Assembly: GCF_037042905.1 (NCBI RefSeq)
Contig: NC_087252.1
Span: forward strand, 25,484,001 to 25,548,000
Source of the DNA: Lytechinus pictus
Lineage: Eukaryota
Reading direction: 5' to 3'
DNA length: 64,000 nt
Of this stretch, positions 26,311-39,077 are shown in pieces. Each line of letters starts with the position of its first letter. Within the stretch, counting starts at the first letter, position 1. The position numbers and the translations under genes are program-made. The notes under the pieces are model-generated. The model was not told the DNA's origin. It did not search any database and saw only the letters and a program-made list of their open reading frames with translations.

Positions 26311-28166
26311 CACCCAATAATTCCGCATGTGCAAAAATACAATAAGATGGTAATGTTACACAGAAATCTGCAAACGAGAATGAGCTACACAACTCGTTCT
26401 TTATTTAAAATCGTGCTCAAATTGTCCGCTTTTCAGATTGGAATATAACAAATTTCAGCTCGCGCTTCGCGCTCGCATCATTTCCGTAGCAAAACCCCAT
26501 ACTTTACATGATTAGATAGGTGAATAGAATGTCCCGTTTTCAGTTCTGAACCTCAAAAGAACTCCCGCTTCGATTGGTAATAATCTCTTGTTGGATATAA
26601 TCTTGTTCTTTATTAAAAACGTCCATTAAACTGGGTTTTTTTTTCAGATCTAAATATCAAAATTTTAAGCTCGCGTTTCGCGCTGGCATCTATTGTTTTT
26701 TTTTAGATACCCATCTTAATCATTGGTACCAAAAATGCTTAGAATAAGAAGCTTTCTGGTCAGAATATAAAGACATTTTGGCTCGCTCTCGGCACTCGCA
26801 TTATCTGTTTAGTGAGATAGGTATCCTCCTCATGAGTTACTATTATAGTAACTCATGAGGAGTCAGATCAGTATACTATAAAAATTTCAGCTCGCGCTTC
26901 GCGCTCGCATTAATTTGTCGGTGAGATATGTGTCTCTATCTCATGAGTTATGTGTGTGTGTGTGAGTTTGTTTGCTTTGTGTGATCGAGCGCCTTTGGAA
27001 AGTTGATTCATGATTTTGCCCCCCCCCAATCTAAAAGAAGGATCGACGCCCCTGTGTGTATATATATAGTTAAGAAAAAAATCATTTGTATTTCAATTAA
27101 TACACAAAAATAATGGCCTCATCGCAATAAAAGGGTAAGTACACGAGATTTTGAAATCGCACATAACATAAATTTGTGTTACTTTTTGCTTGTTTCTTTC
27201 TTTAATAAGTTTCTAAATCTCTCTCTATATATATTTTAGAAAGATTATATGTTTGAATTGATGTATATGTTCTGTTATAATGAAATATGTTTAAGTAGAC
27301 TTCAGGGAATGGTCGTACACATCAAGGGGGAAGGGGGGTCAAATTCCTGATCAGCTGTTGTGAAAACACATTTTTTCCTTAACATTTCATGAAAATTATG
27401 AAAAATGTGCAAATGTGAGATGTGCACCAAATACTTTTATAGCTCTGTCCGTTTACTCTATCGTTTTTTCGAGTCTTGCCCCCCCCCCGGAAATATTATC
27501 CTATATTTTGAAGAGTATTTGACAGGGTCAGACTTTACCGCTTTTCAACATTTTCTTTTAAGGCGCCGGTGAAGTGTAAAATATGTGCGCCGCTCGGCAG
27601 TGCGCCCCCCCCCCTTTCGTCAAAAGCTGGATCCGCCTATTAATTGCAGACTTTGAATGGATTCTTGAAACTCAACTTTTTTAAGTGCTTTAACATCTAG
27701 AAAGTGGGTTTATTGACAAAACACTGGGCAATGTTTTATTCCATAACTCAAGCAACATAAATAAATCGGAAAAATTATCCCTATCTGCAGATTCAGCAGA
27801 TCCTACACATATCTAAAATCCTAGATCAATATTTTGCGCAAAAAAGTAGCTTGTAAATATTCTAAGCATGTACAACATCCTCGATCCTGAAGGCAAGCAT
27901 CATGCAGTCAAATAAATTGCTTGAAGTAAGTTCAAAAACAATTTATGGGTTTTTATCCACTGTACAAAAAAATAATTGCACAATAATGCGCGCACTTTGA
28001 GGGTACCCAAGACTGTGCCTCGGTGTCAGGATACTGCTACTCGTAAAACCTTCATCCATATAATCGTGGGGAGTGCATAATTTCTGTTTTCACAATTCAG
28101 TTTTATAAATATTTTGACCATAAATTACCCGAGTCAAGACCCACGCACAACGCCAACACGAATAAC

Positions 28167-29014
28167 TACCATGTTTACACGTGCATCGGCTAAAAGCCGA
28201 TGCAGAATCGATTTTTGGTTTATCTTGCACCGCGTTTACACGCTGTCACAGCTCATGGTGCAGAATCGGCTCGCGTCGCAAAAACCTGAAATGATCCGTG
28301 CACCAACAATTACACGTCATAATAAAGGCAACACTGGATCCGTGCGCTTACAAGTACGTCATATACCATGTTTACACTTGATCGGCTTTTGGTTCAGAAC
28401 CAAAAGCCGATGCAGAATCGGCTTTTGGTTTATCTTGCAGTTGCACTGCGTTTACACGCTGTTTCAGCTCGCGGTTCAGAACCGCGAGCCGATGCAAAAA
28501 CCTACTATATATACGTCATAATAAAGACAACGCTATATCCGTGCGCTTTTACAATTACGTCACAATGGTAAAGTAAATGAAATGCGCACTGATTGCCGAT
28601 GCATAATCGGCTTTCTGTTTACACGTAGTAAAATGCCGGTCTGCATCGGCTCGCGGTTCAGAACCTACTACTTTGGTGGTGAAAATTGCCGGTTCTGAAC
28701 CGCGAGCCGATTCAAGTTAATCGCGTTTACACGCTATGAAAAAGCCGGTGCTGCATCGGCTCGCGGTTCTGAACCGCGAGTCGATGCAAAAGCCGATTAA
28801 GTGTAAACATGGTAATAATGGTAAAGAAAATAATGCGCGCCAATTGCCGATGCAGAATCGGCTTTCTGTTTACACGTAGAAAAAAGGCCGATTCTGCATC
28901 TGAACGTATTACTTTGGTGGTGCAAACTGCCGATTCTGCACCGAGAGCCGATGCAAGTTTATTTAATCGCGTTTACACGCAACAAAAAAGCCAATGCAGC
29001 GTGTAAACACGGCA
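28167..29014. mobile_element. PIF/Harbinger-type MITE (outer copy), 3-bp TSD AAC
   Basis: TACCATGTTTACACG ... CGTGTAAACACGGCA, with AAC at 28164-28166 and 29015-29017. Confidence 0.8.
28364..28814. mobile_element. Related MITE nested inside the outer copy, 3-bp TSD ATA
   Basis: TACCATGTTTACACTTGATCGGCTTTTG ... CAAAAGCCGATTAAGTGTAAACATGGTA, with ATA on both flanks. Confidence 0.85.
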
Positions 29015-29024
29015 AACATGGGAA

Positions 29025-31310
29025 CAGTGGCGTAACTACGGGGGAGGGGACACGGGGGCACGTATTCTCCCCCCCCCCCCCATCGGCTGGCCAAAAAAAA
29101 AAAAGGAAAAGGAGAAAAAAGGGAGAAAGAAAGAAAAACGTAATGGGGGATGAAAAAATTATTGTACATTATATTATACTTTGTTATATTATACAGTGCG
29201 TCCCACAGAAAACGAAACCGAGATTTATCGATTATTTATCATAACTTAATCACAAATACAATAGACAAATGACCTACCATTTCAAAGCTTAGAATCTCAT
29301 CTTTCATCATAAATCACTTAGATTATTTCTCATTCTCGCATAAGTGAGCAAAAACAATTTAAAAAGGGGATACCAAAAAGTCACTTGGCGGGCCGTATCT
29401 AAGTTTTAAAAAGAAAACCACACTTTTAGAAAGTTCAATATCTGGTCTTTAATTTGATACCTCAATTACAGAAAATGGTCAAGAAATAACAAAGTTCTGG
29501 TTATTTGAAATAAGGCTTGAATTTCAATAATTTCATAGAATGAAGAGGTTTTACAGGTTAGTTTCAAACTCACTCGACACTCCGTTTTGTTGACGATCAA
29601 CCATATATATGCATTAAGTCTTTTGTTACCGTGCGATAGCTTTTGTTGGAAACCCGTGAAAACACGTTTATTTAATGAAATTATGGAAATACAAGCATTG
29701 TTTCAAAGGTCATAACTTTTTTACTTCTTGACCTGATGATGCCATGTGTCCATCTTTTTTTAACATTAAATCATTATATTTTTTTTTTTTTTTACATGAA
29801 TGTATTGTACACGTCTTCCTTGACAAAAACTAAAAGCCCCCTCTTTGGCCGCCAAGCTGAGATCTTTATTTTATGATTAGTCTACTCTACGCTGATAGAA
29901 GAAAGTTTGCTTTCACTCTGCATGTTCTATGCAATACCTCCACTGGTCCCAATTCATGAACAGTTTTCATGAACAGTTTTCACACAATCTATTATGGTCA
30001 AACCGCCACGTAGTAACAAATGCAACCGAGTTCCAGGTTCATCAAACTTTAAATACAAATTGCCGAAATTGGTTACCTCCAAAAGAAAACCACACTTTTA
30101 GAAAGTTCAATATCTGGTCTTTAATTTGATACCTCAATTACAGAAAATGGTCAAGAAATAACAAAGTTCTGGTTATTTGAAATAAGGCTTGAATTTCAAT
30201 AATTTCATAAAATGAAGAGGTTTTACAGGCTAGCTTTCAAACTCACTCGACACTCCGTTTTGTTGACGATCAACCATACATTAAGTCTTTTGTTACCGTG
30301 CGATAGCTTCTAATGGAAACCCGGGAAAAAACGTTTATTTAAGGAAATTATGGAAATACAAGCATTGTTTCAAAGGTTACTTCTTGACCATTTTTTGTGA
30401 TTAAGGTATCAAAGAAAAGAGCAGATATTGAAATTTTTAGTCATGTGATTTTCTTTTTGAAATTCAGATACCCCCCGCCAAACGAGTTTTTGGCGTCCTT
30501 TCTTCGAATTGTTTTTGCTCATTAATGCGTGAATGAGGAATAATCTAAGTAATACCAGATGAAAGAGGAGATTCTAAGCTTTACATTGGTAGTTTATTTG
30601 TCTATTTTATTTATGATTAAGTTAAGATAAATTATCGCTAAATCTCGGTTTCGTTTTTTCTGGGACGCACTGTATATTACATTCTATTATATTACATATT
30701 TTTCATAAGTTTATGAAACATAATTTGCTTAGTTCCTATGTGTTCATCATTCCTGGTGCTCGCATTGTCTCTTTAATTTCTGTTTAATTTCTGAAAAACA
30801 TCCCGTTTTCAGGTCAAAATACACCAAATAGGCCCATAGTTCCATTTATTATTGTTTTATATAGTGACAAACTATTGCGCTTTTTTCATGACTACCTAAA
30901 GTGATTGCCCCCTTTTCAGGTCTGAATATAAAATATGTTCAATCCGAACTAACGTTCGCATTAGTTTAGTGGTCAGATATGTTAACTTTTCAAGAAGTCG
31001 TCGGGTCTTAGTGAATTCCTACGAACAAGCATTAGGATGTCCCTCTTCAGGTTCGAATTTCAAAAAATTTCAGCTCGCGCTTCGCGCTCTCAATATTGAT
31101 TAGTGATATACGTATCATGTTCAGGATTACAATGACTACAACAAACGTTTCATGTGTTTAGATGTAATTCTAACAAATTAAGCAAGCGCCTGGCGCTCAC
31201 ATTAGATGGCTATGGTGAGATGTGTATGCTCATCATGAATTTAAATAAAAAATAGTCCTTGAATTATCCCTGTTTAGGGTCAACACATATGCTTCGCGCT
31301 CGCGTTGTTT
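29025..31310 (+). mobile_element. Non-autonomous CAGTGGCGTA-terminus element (hAT-like), right end not found; relative at 49210-50260
   Basis: CAGTGGCGTAACTACGGGG start, G/C tracts, (TTATA)n and periodic GCTCGCGCTTCGCGCTC motifs, collinear with 49210-50260. Confidence 0.7.
29194..30672. mobile_element. Tc1/mariner-type MITE with long TIRs, TA TSD and an internal duplication
   Basis: TA|CAGTGCGTCCCACAGAAAACGAAACCGAGATTT ... AAATCTCGGTTTCGTTTTTTCTGGGACGCACTG|TA. 29408-29730 is repeated at 30081-30390. Confidence 0.9.
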
Positions 31311-31311
31311 T

Positions 31312-31907
31312 ACCCTTCGTGTTTGGGTTCGTACACCTTCTAAACTATCAGCTGCAATTATTCAAATTCGCGCGAAAATTTTGAACATGTTTAAAATTTC
31401 CCGACGAATTGAGAAATCGTTGGTCATCTGTTTGAATTCGCATCTCTTATTTAGTCTTCGGCAATCGTTAGTTTATCGTTCGTGTTTTATTGTCGCGCAT
31501 ATTCCCTCATCGCGCTTTTGCCAAAGTGGACCGATCTCGAAAGACCCCGTAACGAAGCAACACGATGACACAACGAACAAGATTGCCCGATCTATTCCTT
31601 CGTCTTCGTTTCTAATCGCACGCCATATCAAACCATTGCTTACTTTTCGTTCTTCTTATTGGGTTATATCAACCCTTCGCTCGCCTTCGCCGCAACCTTC
31701 TCAAATAGGTGAACCGAAAAATCGATATCCTTTTGCATGTCATATTTATCCTTCGTTTACCATTCGTTGATTAAATTTGACAATAGTTACTGATCGCATG
31801 ATTTGACTGAAATTTTATTTGAATTCGTTGAATTCGCGTGCATTTCGTTCATTTTCCCATTCGTCACCCTTCGTCCGTCTACATTCGGTCAGGTGTGAGG
31901 GGGCTTT
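31312..31907. mobile_element. Partial Harbinger-like non-autonomous element (right terminus only)
   Basis: Ends in GGTGTGAGGGGGCT|TTA. The CG-rich interior, with TTGAACATGTTTAAAA, resembles the element at 40086. Confidence 0.45.
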
Positions 31908-31949
31908 AAAGCTAAAGTAAACGAAATTATGTAAATTTCATTAAAATAT

Positions 31950-34632
31950 TCGATGACTGCTGAAGAGAAAAGACGTGTAGACGCGCGAGCTCCCAGTTAG
32001 CACGTGGAAACCTATTCAACTGAAATTTACGGTATGCCGAACCTAAGAAGCGGAACCGCACCAAAGGCCATGGCCGAAACTTCGGGGACACAAACCGACA
32101 CATCTAGTGCATCGTATGAACTTTCATCGGACTTTGAAAATTATGTCAGAAGGGGCATAGCAGATATAAAATCTATGTGTGCAGGTTTTGAGAAAGCTCT
32201 GGATTTCTTAGGTGACAGGACTGAAAAGCTAGAGAAGCGAATGTCTCCACTAGAGAAGAAAGTTAAGGAATTAGAGATTGCTACCCAACAAAACACCCAA
32301 GCCCTTGAGAAGTCGGCACTGGCAGAGAACAAGCTTGAAAGGTTTTCTCGCAGGAACAATTTAAGAGTCGTGGGATTACCGATGTCTCGCCAGGAGAGAG
32401 GGGTGGAGGTGGCTGTAGCTTTCCTTGAGAAATTATTTGACATGCAGTCCCCTCGGGTCGAGAGGGCTCATCGGGACGGCCGAAAGGTAGGAGATAGGCC
32501 GCGCCATCTTCTAATCAGGATGTTGTCGTACCAGGATAAGCACTTTGTGCTTTCGCAATAGCGAAAAAAAATTGGAGCAATACCCTTTCTATATCATCGA
32601 TGATTTGTCAGCTATGGATAGAGCAGAGAAAAAAAATGGCAAAAAGATGTGCAGGAATCCATTAACGCGGGGAAGCGACACTACTTCTCTGCTGGAAAAT
32701 GGCGTGATAGCAGCGGTAATTTGGCTTGGTTCTATGACAAGCAGCGTGCAATTACCCCACAAGTACAAGCAACACTTGTTGTTGATGACCACAGCCTCAT
32801 CCAACAAGATGATGACCAGCAGGTATATCCCTACAAAACGAAGCCTTCGACTTCGAGCGCTCGCCGGATTACAGCGGAGATTCATGCTGAGCCATCCCAA
32901 GTTCACTGAGAGTGAAAAGGATAAGTGAGTAGAAAAGTCATCACCATAAAATGGTGATAGATTTTGTATGGATGTCTTCATAATGTTGTTGTCATTTGTT
33001 GACTGTAGCTGTTTACGAGTGATTCTATAACTGTGAAAGTATTATCTTTTAACTGCCGTGGACTAGGAAATGCTACGAAACGAAGAGACATCATTGCATA
33101 TATAAAATCTAAAGGAGCACAGATATATTGTTTACAAGATACACATTTTGTTCCTGAAATATGTCTTTTAGTGAAGAGGGAGTGGTTGGGTAAATGTTAT
33201 TTTTCCTGTAACAATTCTCGCTCGAGAGGAGTAGCTGTTATGTTTGACAAATATTTTGTTGTAGAAGTTAAACAGTAAAAAATAGATGAGAAAGGTAATT
33301 TTATTATACTGAGCCTTTGTATTGGAACGTTGCAAGTAACATCAATTTCATTATATGGTCCAAATGACGATACTCCTGGGTTTTTTTTTGATGATCTAAA
33401 AAGATATACAATTGAGTTTGATGATCCGCACATAATAATTTGTGGGGATTGGAATCTGGTGCAAGATTTTGATCTGGAAACTTTAAATTACATTAGATTG
33501 AACAACAAAGAAGCAAGTAAGAAAGTAAGAAGAAGGTGATAGAATTGAAAAATGATTTGGATTTGATGATGATGGGTTCTTGTATAGCGCCGGTATCCGC
33601 CTCAGCTGGGCGCTCATGGCGCTTGCTCAAAAATAGGAAATATCTCACAAATTTCAATGTCTTTAAACAGTGCTTAGGATCATCATTCAGTTCAAGTACT
33701 GTCCTAGTAATACTACAATTGAGTTATTCTTGCAATAATGTTGGAGACGTTTGGCGTGAACATAATGTAGGGATTCGAAGTTATACATGGAGACAGCCTA
33801 CTCCATTAAAACAGAGTAGGCTTGATTATTTTTTGGTTTCTTCCGATCTCTTTTCTTTAATCACAAAAACAGAATATCTGTTTGGATATAAATCTGATCA
33901 TTCTATAATCAGCTTAGAATTTGAATTAGATAAGTACCAAAAATGTTTTACTTATTGGAAATTTAACAATGTCTTGTTGAAAGATGAGAAATATGTGGAC
34001 GTTATTAAAAGAAAGATAAGAGAAGTAGTATTACAATATGAAGACGAAGAATCTATTCAAGGTAAAGAATATGAAGAGATGAGAGAGGAAGATATTTTGT
34101 TTTCTATCAATGAACAGTTGTTTTTTGATACTCTTCTCATGAAGTTGAGAAGTTCTACTATTTTATATTCGGTGAGAAGAAAAAGAGAGAATAAGGAAGA
34201 AAAAAAACAAGATTGAGAAGGAAATTTTTAAATTAGAAACCAATATGATATCAGAGGAAAGAACTTCAACTATTGAAAAGATACGTATTTTGAAAGAACA
34301 ATTATAAAACATTATTGAAAATGAGCAGCAAAATTCGATTGAGAATAACAGGATACAAGAAATTCAATTTGGAGAAAAGCCTTCAAAATATTTTTTGAAT
34401 TTAGAAAAACAGAGATCAGTGGAAAAGACAATTATAAGATTGATCGATAAAAACAACTGTTTAATTGATCAACAAGAAGATATTTTACAAGAAGTATATC
34501 TTTATTTTAAGGATTTGTATACATTTCAACCAGTATTAGAGGCCGAAAGATGGTTTGATATGATTCCTTTGAATAAAGTAAGGATATTTGCACCACAAGA
34601 AAGTGAGATTTTAGAAGGGGATATACGTTACT
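31950..34632 (+). mobile_element. Decayed L1/Tx1-clade LINE: ORF1 (coiled coil + RRM) and ORF2 APE endonuclease, truncated before RT
   Basis: ORF1 has ERFSRRNNLRVVGLP..VERAHR..PRHLLIR. ORF2 has SFNCRGLG, CLQDTH, SRGVAV, YGPN, CGDWN, SRLDYFLVS, SDHS, WKFNN and GEKPSKYF.NLEK. Multiple stops and frameshifts. Confidence 0.92.
33566..33742 (-). mobile_element. 177-bp antisense retroposed 3' tail (L2/SINE type) inside the L1 endonuclease
   Basis: Separates NDLDL from GDVWRE. The minus strand ends AGCGCCATGAGCGCC...GGCGCTATACAAGAACC(CAT)n. Confidence 0.7.
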
Positions 34633-35221
34633 AAATAGGTTCATTATTGCGGATTGAAATAATCGCTAGAGGGTATTCATTTGTCTCGCAATCTACTATG
34701 GTCAACAAGGAAATTCGTGATCACTCTCGCAAAAAAGTGTTCACTGGCTTTCTAGGAAATTCGTGATCACTCTCGCAAAAAGTGTTCACTAGCTTACAAG
34801 TTCACGAGCTTTCGAGTGCCGCTGCAACTCTTTATCAAGTGACTGTTGTTGTTGTTGTTGTTATTTTAAATAGGCAAACTAGTCAGTTTTGACTATTGTT
34901 GCCTTGTAAATTTGCTTTCCTTTTTTTTCCAAAAAGAATAATTTCTTTGTTCAATCTATATCAGTTAAAAAAGTAAAGGAAAGATAGGAAAGAAAAGTTC
35001 TTAGGAAATCGTGCAAGACCCCCTCTCCTGCCCTGTATTAGTACGTTATCCTGAAAAGCCCGCTCGAGGTACATTTCGAGGGCGTCTCAGGAGTACCAAC
35101 AAATTGTACTCCCTATGTCTCTCAAACGTGAGCAGGTTGCGCTCTATCCGATACCTCGTAGAACTCCATTTAAAATTCCGCAGGTGAAAATTTATGTCAA
35201 CTCGATCAGATCAATATCAAC

Positions 35222-37520
35222 ATTTTTTTTTTATATAAAAAAAAAAACATTTACAGTAGAGTAAATACTGACATTCAAGGGCCATATGATAAAGTGAAAG
35301 TGACAAGAAAGATGCACACATAGACTATTTAGGTGAAAACATCATCGATTACATCAAACAATTACCCCCAAAATGAATAATTATATATACACCTTGCTCA
35401 GAAAAGTATTATGGTCACGAAGTCTTGACTACACTCTGTTGTAATGGTTGCCATCCTGGCAACCAAATTGAAATCTATGAGTCCTTTTGAAATATCTGAT
35501 AAGTGCACTTTGGGTCTTTACTGCGAGATTCTCCACTTTACGTTCCGCATCAGAGATATTGTTAACATTTAATTCAGCAAGTAATAGGGCTTGTTGAATT
35601 ATAAATCTAGGGCAAACATATAAGAAGTGGTATATCGTTTCTCCTTCATTGCAGAAATCACACTTTCCAGTTGTGTGTCTTCCCGTCTTAAAAAGGAATT
35701 CATTCAAACCCAAACCTCCCAAACGTAATCTGTGGATCATTTTTTCACCACTTTTGTCTATGCAGAGATAATCAAAGGGTGTTTTTTCTGATACAACTTT
35801 CTGGTATTTTCTCAATTCTGAAGTTGACTTGTCCCATCTCTTCTGCCATTCATTTCTTGCAAGGACTCTTACAATCTTTTTTGTTTCTTGGATATTCAAA
35901 CCATTATTTATCTCTATTTCTTGTTTTAGGGCTGCCTTTGCATAGAAGTCAGCCGTTTCGTTTCCATTAACCCCACAGTGAGATGGAATCCACTCTAAGC
36001 AAATCAATATACCTTTATATTTTAGACAAGTAGCGGTATTTATGATTTATCTAACGAAATTATCATCGTTGTTTTCCTTCACTGCTTCGATAGCACTCAG
36101 AGAATCGGTAAAAATTACCACTTTATTATAAACATTCAAATTTTCCAACCACTGCAGTGCCAGAACAATGGCGACCAATTCCGATCTATATGATGATGTA
36201 AAATTTTGCATTCTTTTACATTCGATTACCCGCATAGCAGGCACGTAAAAACAAGCAGAGGCATTGCCGTGCACCGGGTCTCTAGAACCATCAGTGTAAA
36301 TATGGAGATTCTCTTTCCACTTTGTATTAATATACTCCACAGTTGTGTTATATTGATAAAAAACGTTATCACTTTTGGACACAAGCTCATGCAGCTTCAA
36401 TGACACTTCTGGTGGAGAGAGATGCCAAGGAGGCATGGGTGTATAAGACTGAAAATATTCAGTTGTGTAGTATATCTCATCTTCCAAAACTCTCAAACCA
36501 AAAGGTTTTCGTGCTTTCTTAATTTTTTCGTACTCAAATTGCCAACAGTTTTTCAATGAAGATTGGAGTGGGTGTTTGGCGTTTTGTCTTATTTTTGCTT
36601 TGTAAACCTTGCTAAGCATGTATCTTCTCACCAGTATCTACCTTGTAAGGATTCCGGGGAGGTACCCGGCAACGCCCCTGTGCACAATTTTAAAGCCTGG
36701 TATTGAATAGTCAACAAGAAGTTCTTCACATGATCATAAGCTGAGTCATATGCTTCTGCTGCATAATCCAACAATGGCCTGATGACCACTTTATAAAAAA
36801 GTCAAAAGGCTTTTATAACTACTTCCCCACTTAGTTCCCACTAGTCTTTTCATTATATTTATTTTCTTTTTGCTCTTGTTACAATCATATTTTTATGTGG
36901 TCTCCATGTTAACTTTCTATCCAGTACTACTCCTAAAAATAGATGTTCGTCCTTTTGTGGTAAGGGGACCTCATCTAATTCAATCTGTACACATTTGTTA
37001 GTGTTACTAAAAAGCAAAGTATCAGATTTTTCTTTAGAAAGGATAAAACCCCATCTGTTGAACCACTCATTTAGGATATTCACATAGGTTTGTACTCTTC
37101 TTTTTAGAAAATCAATGTTTTTTCCACTTTTCCATATAACACAGTCGTCTGCGTATATAGAAATATTGACAGATTCGTCCATTGGTATGTCTGACAACAT
37201 TGAATTGAAAAGGACGGGACTTAGGGAACTACCCTGCGGTAGCCCTTCCTCTATGTCCTGTATAACTGAGAGGTACTTATTTGCCCTGACCTGGAAAGAG
37301 CGCCCGCTTAAATAGTTCCATAAGAACCTGACTATGTTGCCTTGGAAACCAAGTTTATTAAGTTTATAAATCAAGCCTTCCTTCCATAGTCTATCATAAG
37401 CCTTCTCCATGTCAAAGAAAACGGCCAGGGTATGTTCTTTATTCCCAATACTTTATTTAATGTCATTTTCAAGTTGGGTTATATTGTCTTTTGTGCTTCT
37501 TGCCTCTCTAAAAGCACTGT
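35222..37520 (-). mobile_element. 5'-truncated, frameshifted I-group (Nimb/I-like) LINE ORF2: RT + RNase H + CCHC
   Basis: FFDMEKAYD, GLPQGSSLSP, YADD and FLGVVLDRKLTW (RT); IYTDGS, SELVAI, IFTDSLS and WIPSHCGVNGNETAD (RNase H); CDFC..ETIYHFLYVC. Confidence 0.92.
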
Positions 37521-37823
37521 CTTGCAAATAGGTTACGAAAGATATTATCAGTAGTCATCCACACAGATCAGAAAGGATGTTTACCTGGTCGTTTTATTGG
37601 GGAAAATATTAGAATAATATACGATATTATTGCTTTAGCGGAAAAGCAAAATTTACCTTGTACTTTATTGCTAGCAATTCTTTGTATGTAGCTGATAGAG
37701 GAAAATCTATTTTTTCATCCCCAAGTGCTTACAAAATAATAAAGTGGTTTATACTGCAAAGGGGAAACACCTTTTGCCTCAATGGGGCTAAAAATGGCGA
37801 ATTTTGCAAGTAATGGGTAGTGT

Positions 37824-38090
37824 GGGTGCGTCGTGGTCTAGCGGTTCTGACTCTCGCCTTTAAAACAGAGGGTCGTGGGTTCGAATCCTAGCCATGGCGT
37901 GTTTTCCTTCAGCAAGAAATTTATCCACACTGTGCTGCAATCGACCCAGGTGAGGTGAATGGGTACCCGGCAGGAGTAGTTCCTTGCATGCACTGAGCGC
38001 CGGTGATGGTAGCTATAGCTAAAGCCGGGGTAACAATAGCAGCGCTTTGTATCCTCTGGCAAAAAGCGCTTTATAAATCCAGCTATTATT
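37824..38090 (+). mobile_element. tRNA-derived SINE (SINE2) with L2-like 3' tail
   Basis: A box TGGTCTAGCGG (37834), B box GGTTCGAATCC (37878), central CACTGTGCTGC..GACCCAGGTG..AATGGGTACC body, and tail AGCGCTTTATAAATCCAGCTATTATT. Confidence 0.9.
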
Positions 38091-38924
38091 AGTATCCTTA
38101 TTAAAATACAGAAAGGGGTAGGTAGACCCTGAGAGGGTAGGATTTGGTGAAAGGGTACCATAACTTCTTTATATGTAACCGATAGCAAAAAGCTTGCTCT
38201 TTTGCCTCCAAGTGATTTCAAGACAATAAATATAAGTCGTTTTTATCTGTAGCGAAAACACCACTTTGTCACATTGGGGCTCCAAAAAGCACGATATTTT
38301 AACGGTTCCATGACAATTGCTCCGCCGACATTTGCTCCGTAGACAATTGCTACGCAAAATACGACAACTGCTCCGCCGACAATTGCTCCGGACAGTTGCT
38401 CCGCCGACAGTTGCTCCGTCGACACTTGCTCCGCCGATATGTGCTCCGTCGACACTTGATCCGCCGATATTTGCTCCGCCGATATTTGCTCCGCCGACAT
38501 CTGCTCCGCCGACATCTGCTCCGCCGAAAATTGCTCCGCCGACAATTGCTCCGCCGATAATTGCTCCGCCGACATCTGCTCCGATTATACGACAATTGCT
38601 CCGCCGATATTTGCTCCGCCGAAAATTGCTCCGATTATACGACAATTGCTCCGCGACAATTGCTCCGCCGATATTTGCTCCGCCGACATCTGCTCCGATT
38701 ATACGACAATCGCTCCGCCGATAATTGCTCCGCCGACATCTGCTCCGCCGTAAATTGCTCCGATAATGCGACAATTATTTATTTATTTTTTTATTCGTAC
38801 TTTCATACGCATAACAATAAATTGTAGCACAGGCTGAAGGCGTCAATTTACCATGGAGCATAGGCTCCATGAATTTACAAAGTAAACTTAAACTATGCTT
38901 GCATGATATATTACATGTCATACA

Positions 38925-39077
38925 CAGGGGCCGCGGAACGGTTTTCAAAGTGAGGGCTGAGTCAAAAGTGGGGGGCTGTCCATGCTAAAAATCACAATCA
39001 TATGGTCATTCTTACGTTTTTTGTACACGGCTTTGGAAAATTGGGGGGCTAAAGCCCCCCCGGCTCCGCGGCCCCTG
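38925..39077. mobile_element. Small MITE
   Basis: CAGGGGCCGCGGA ... TCCGCGGCCCCTG TIRs, with ATACA on both flanks. Confidence 0.75.

Noticed and set aside
37824..37895. tRNA gene
   Set aside because: Has A/B boxes but no clean acceptor stem, and continues into a SINE body and tail.
38169..38827. Pentapeptide-repeat-like or collagen-like ORFs (GGAIV/SAEQL; also 44361-45101)
   Set aside because: Multi-frame translations of 15-bp terminal repeats of the foldback element.
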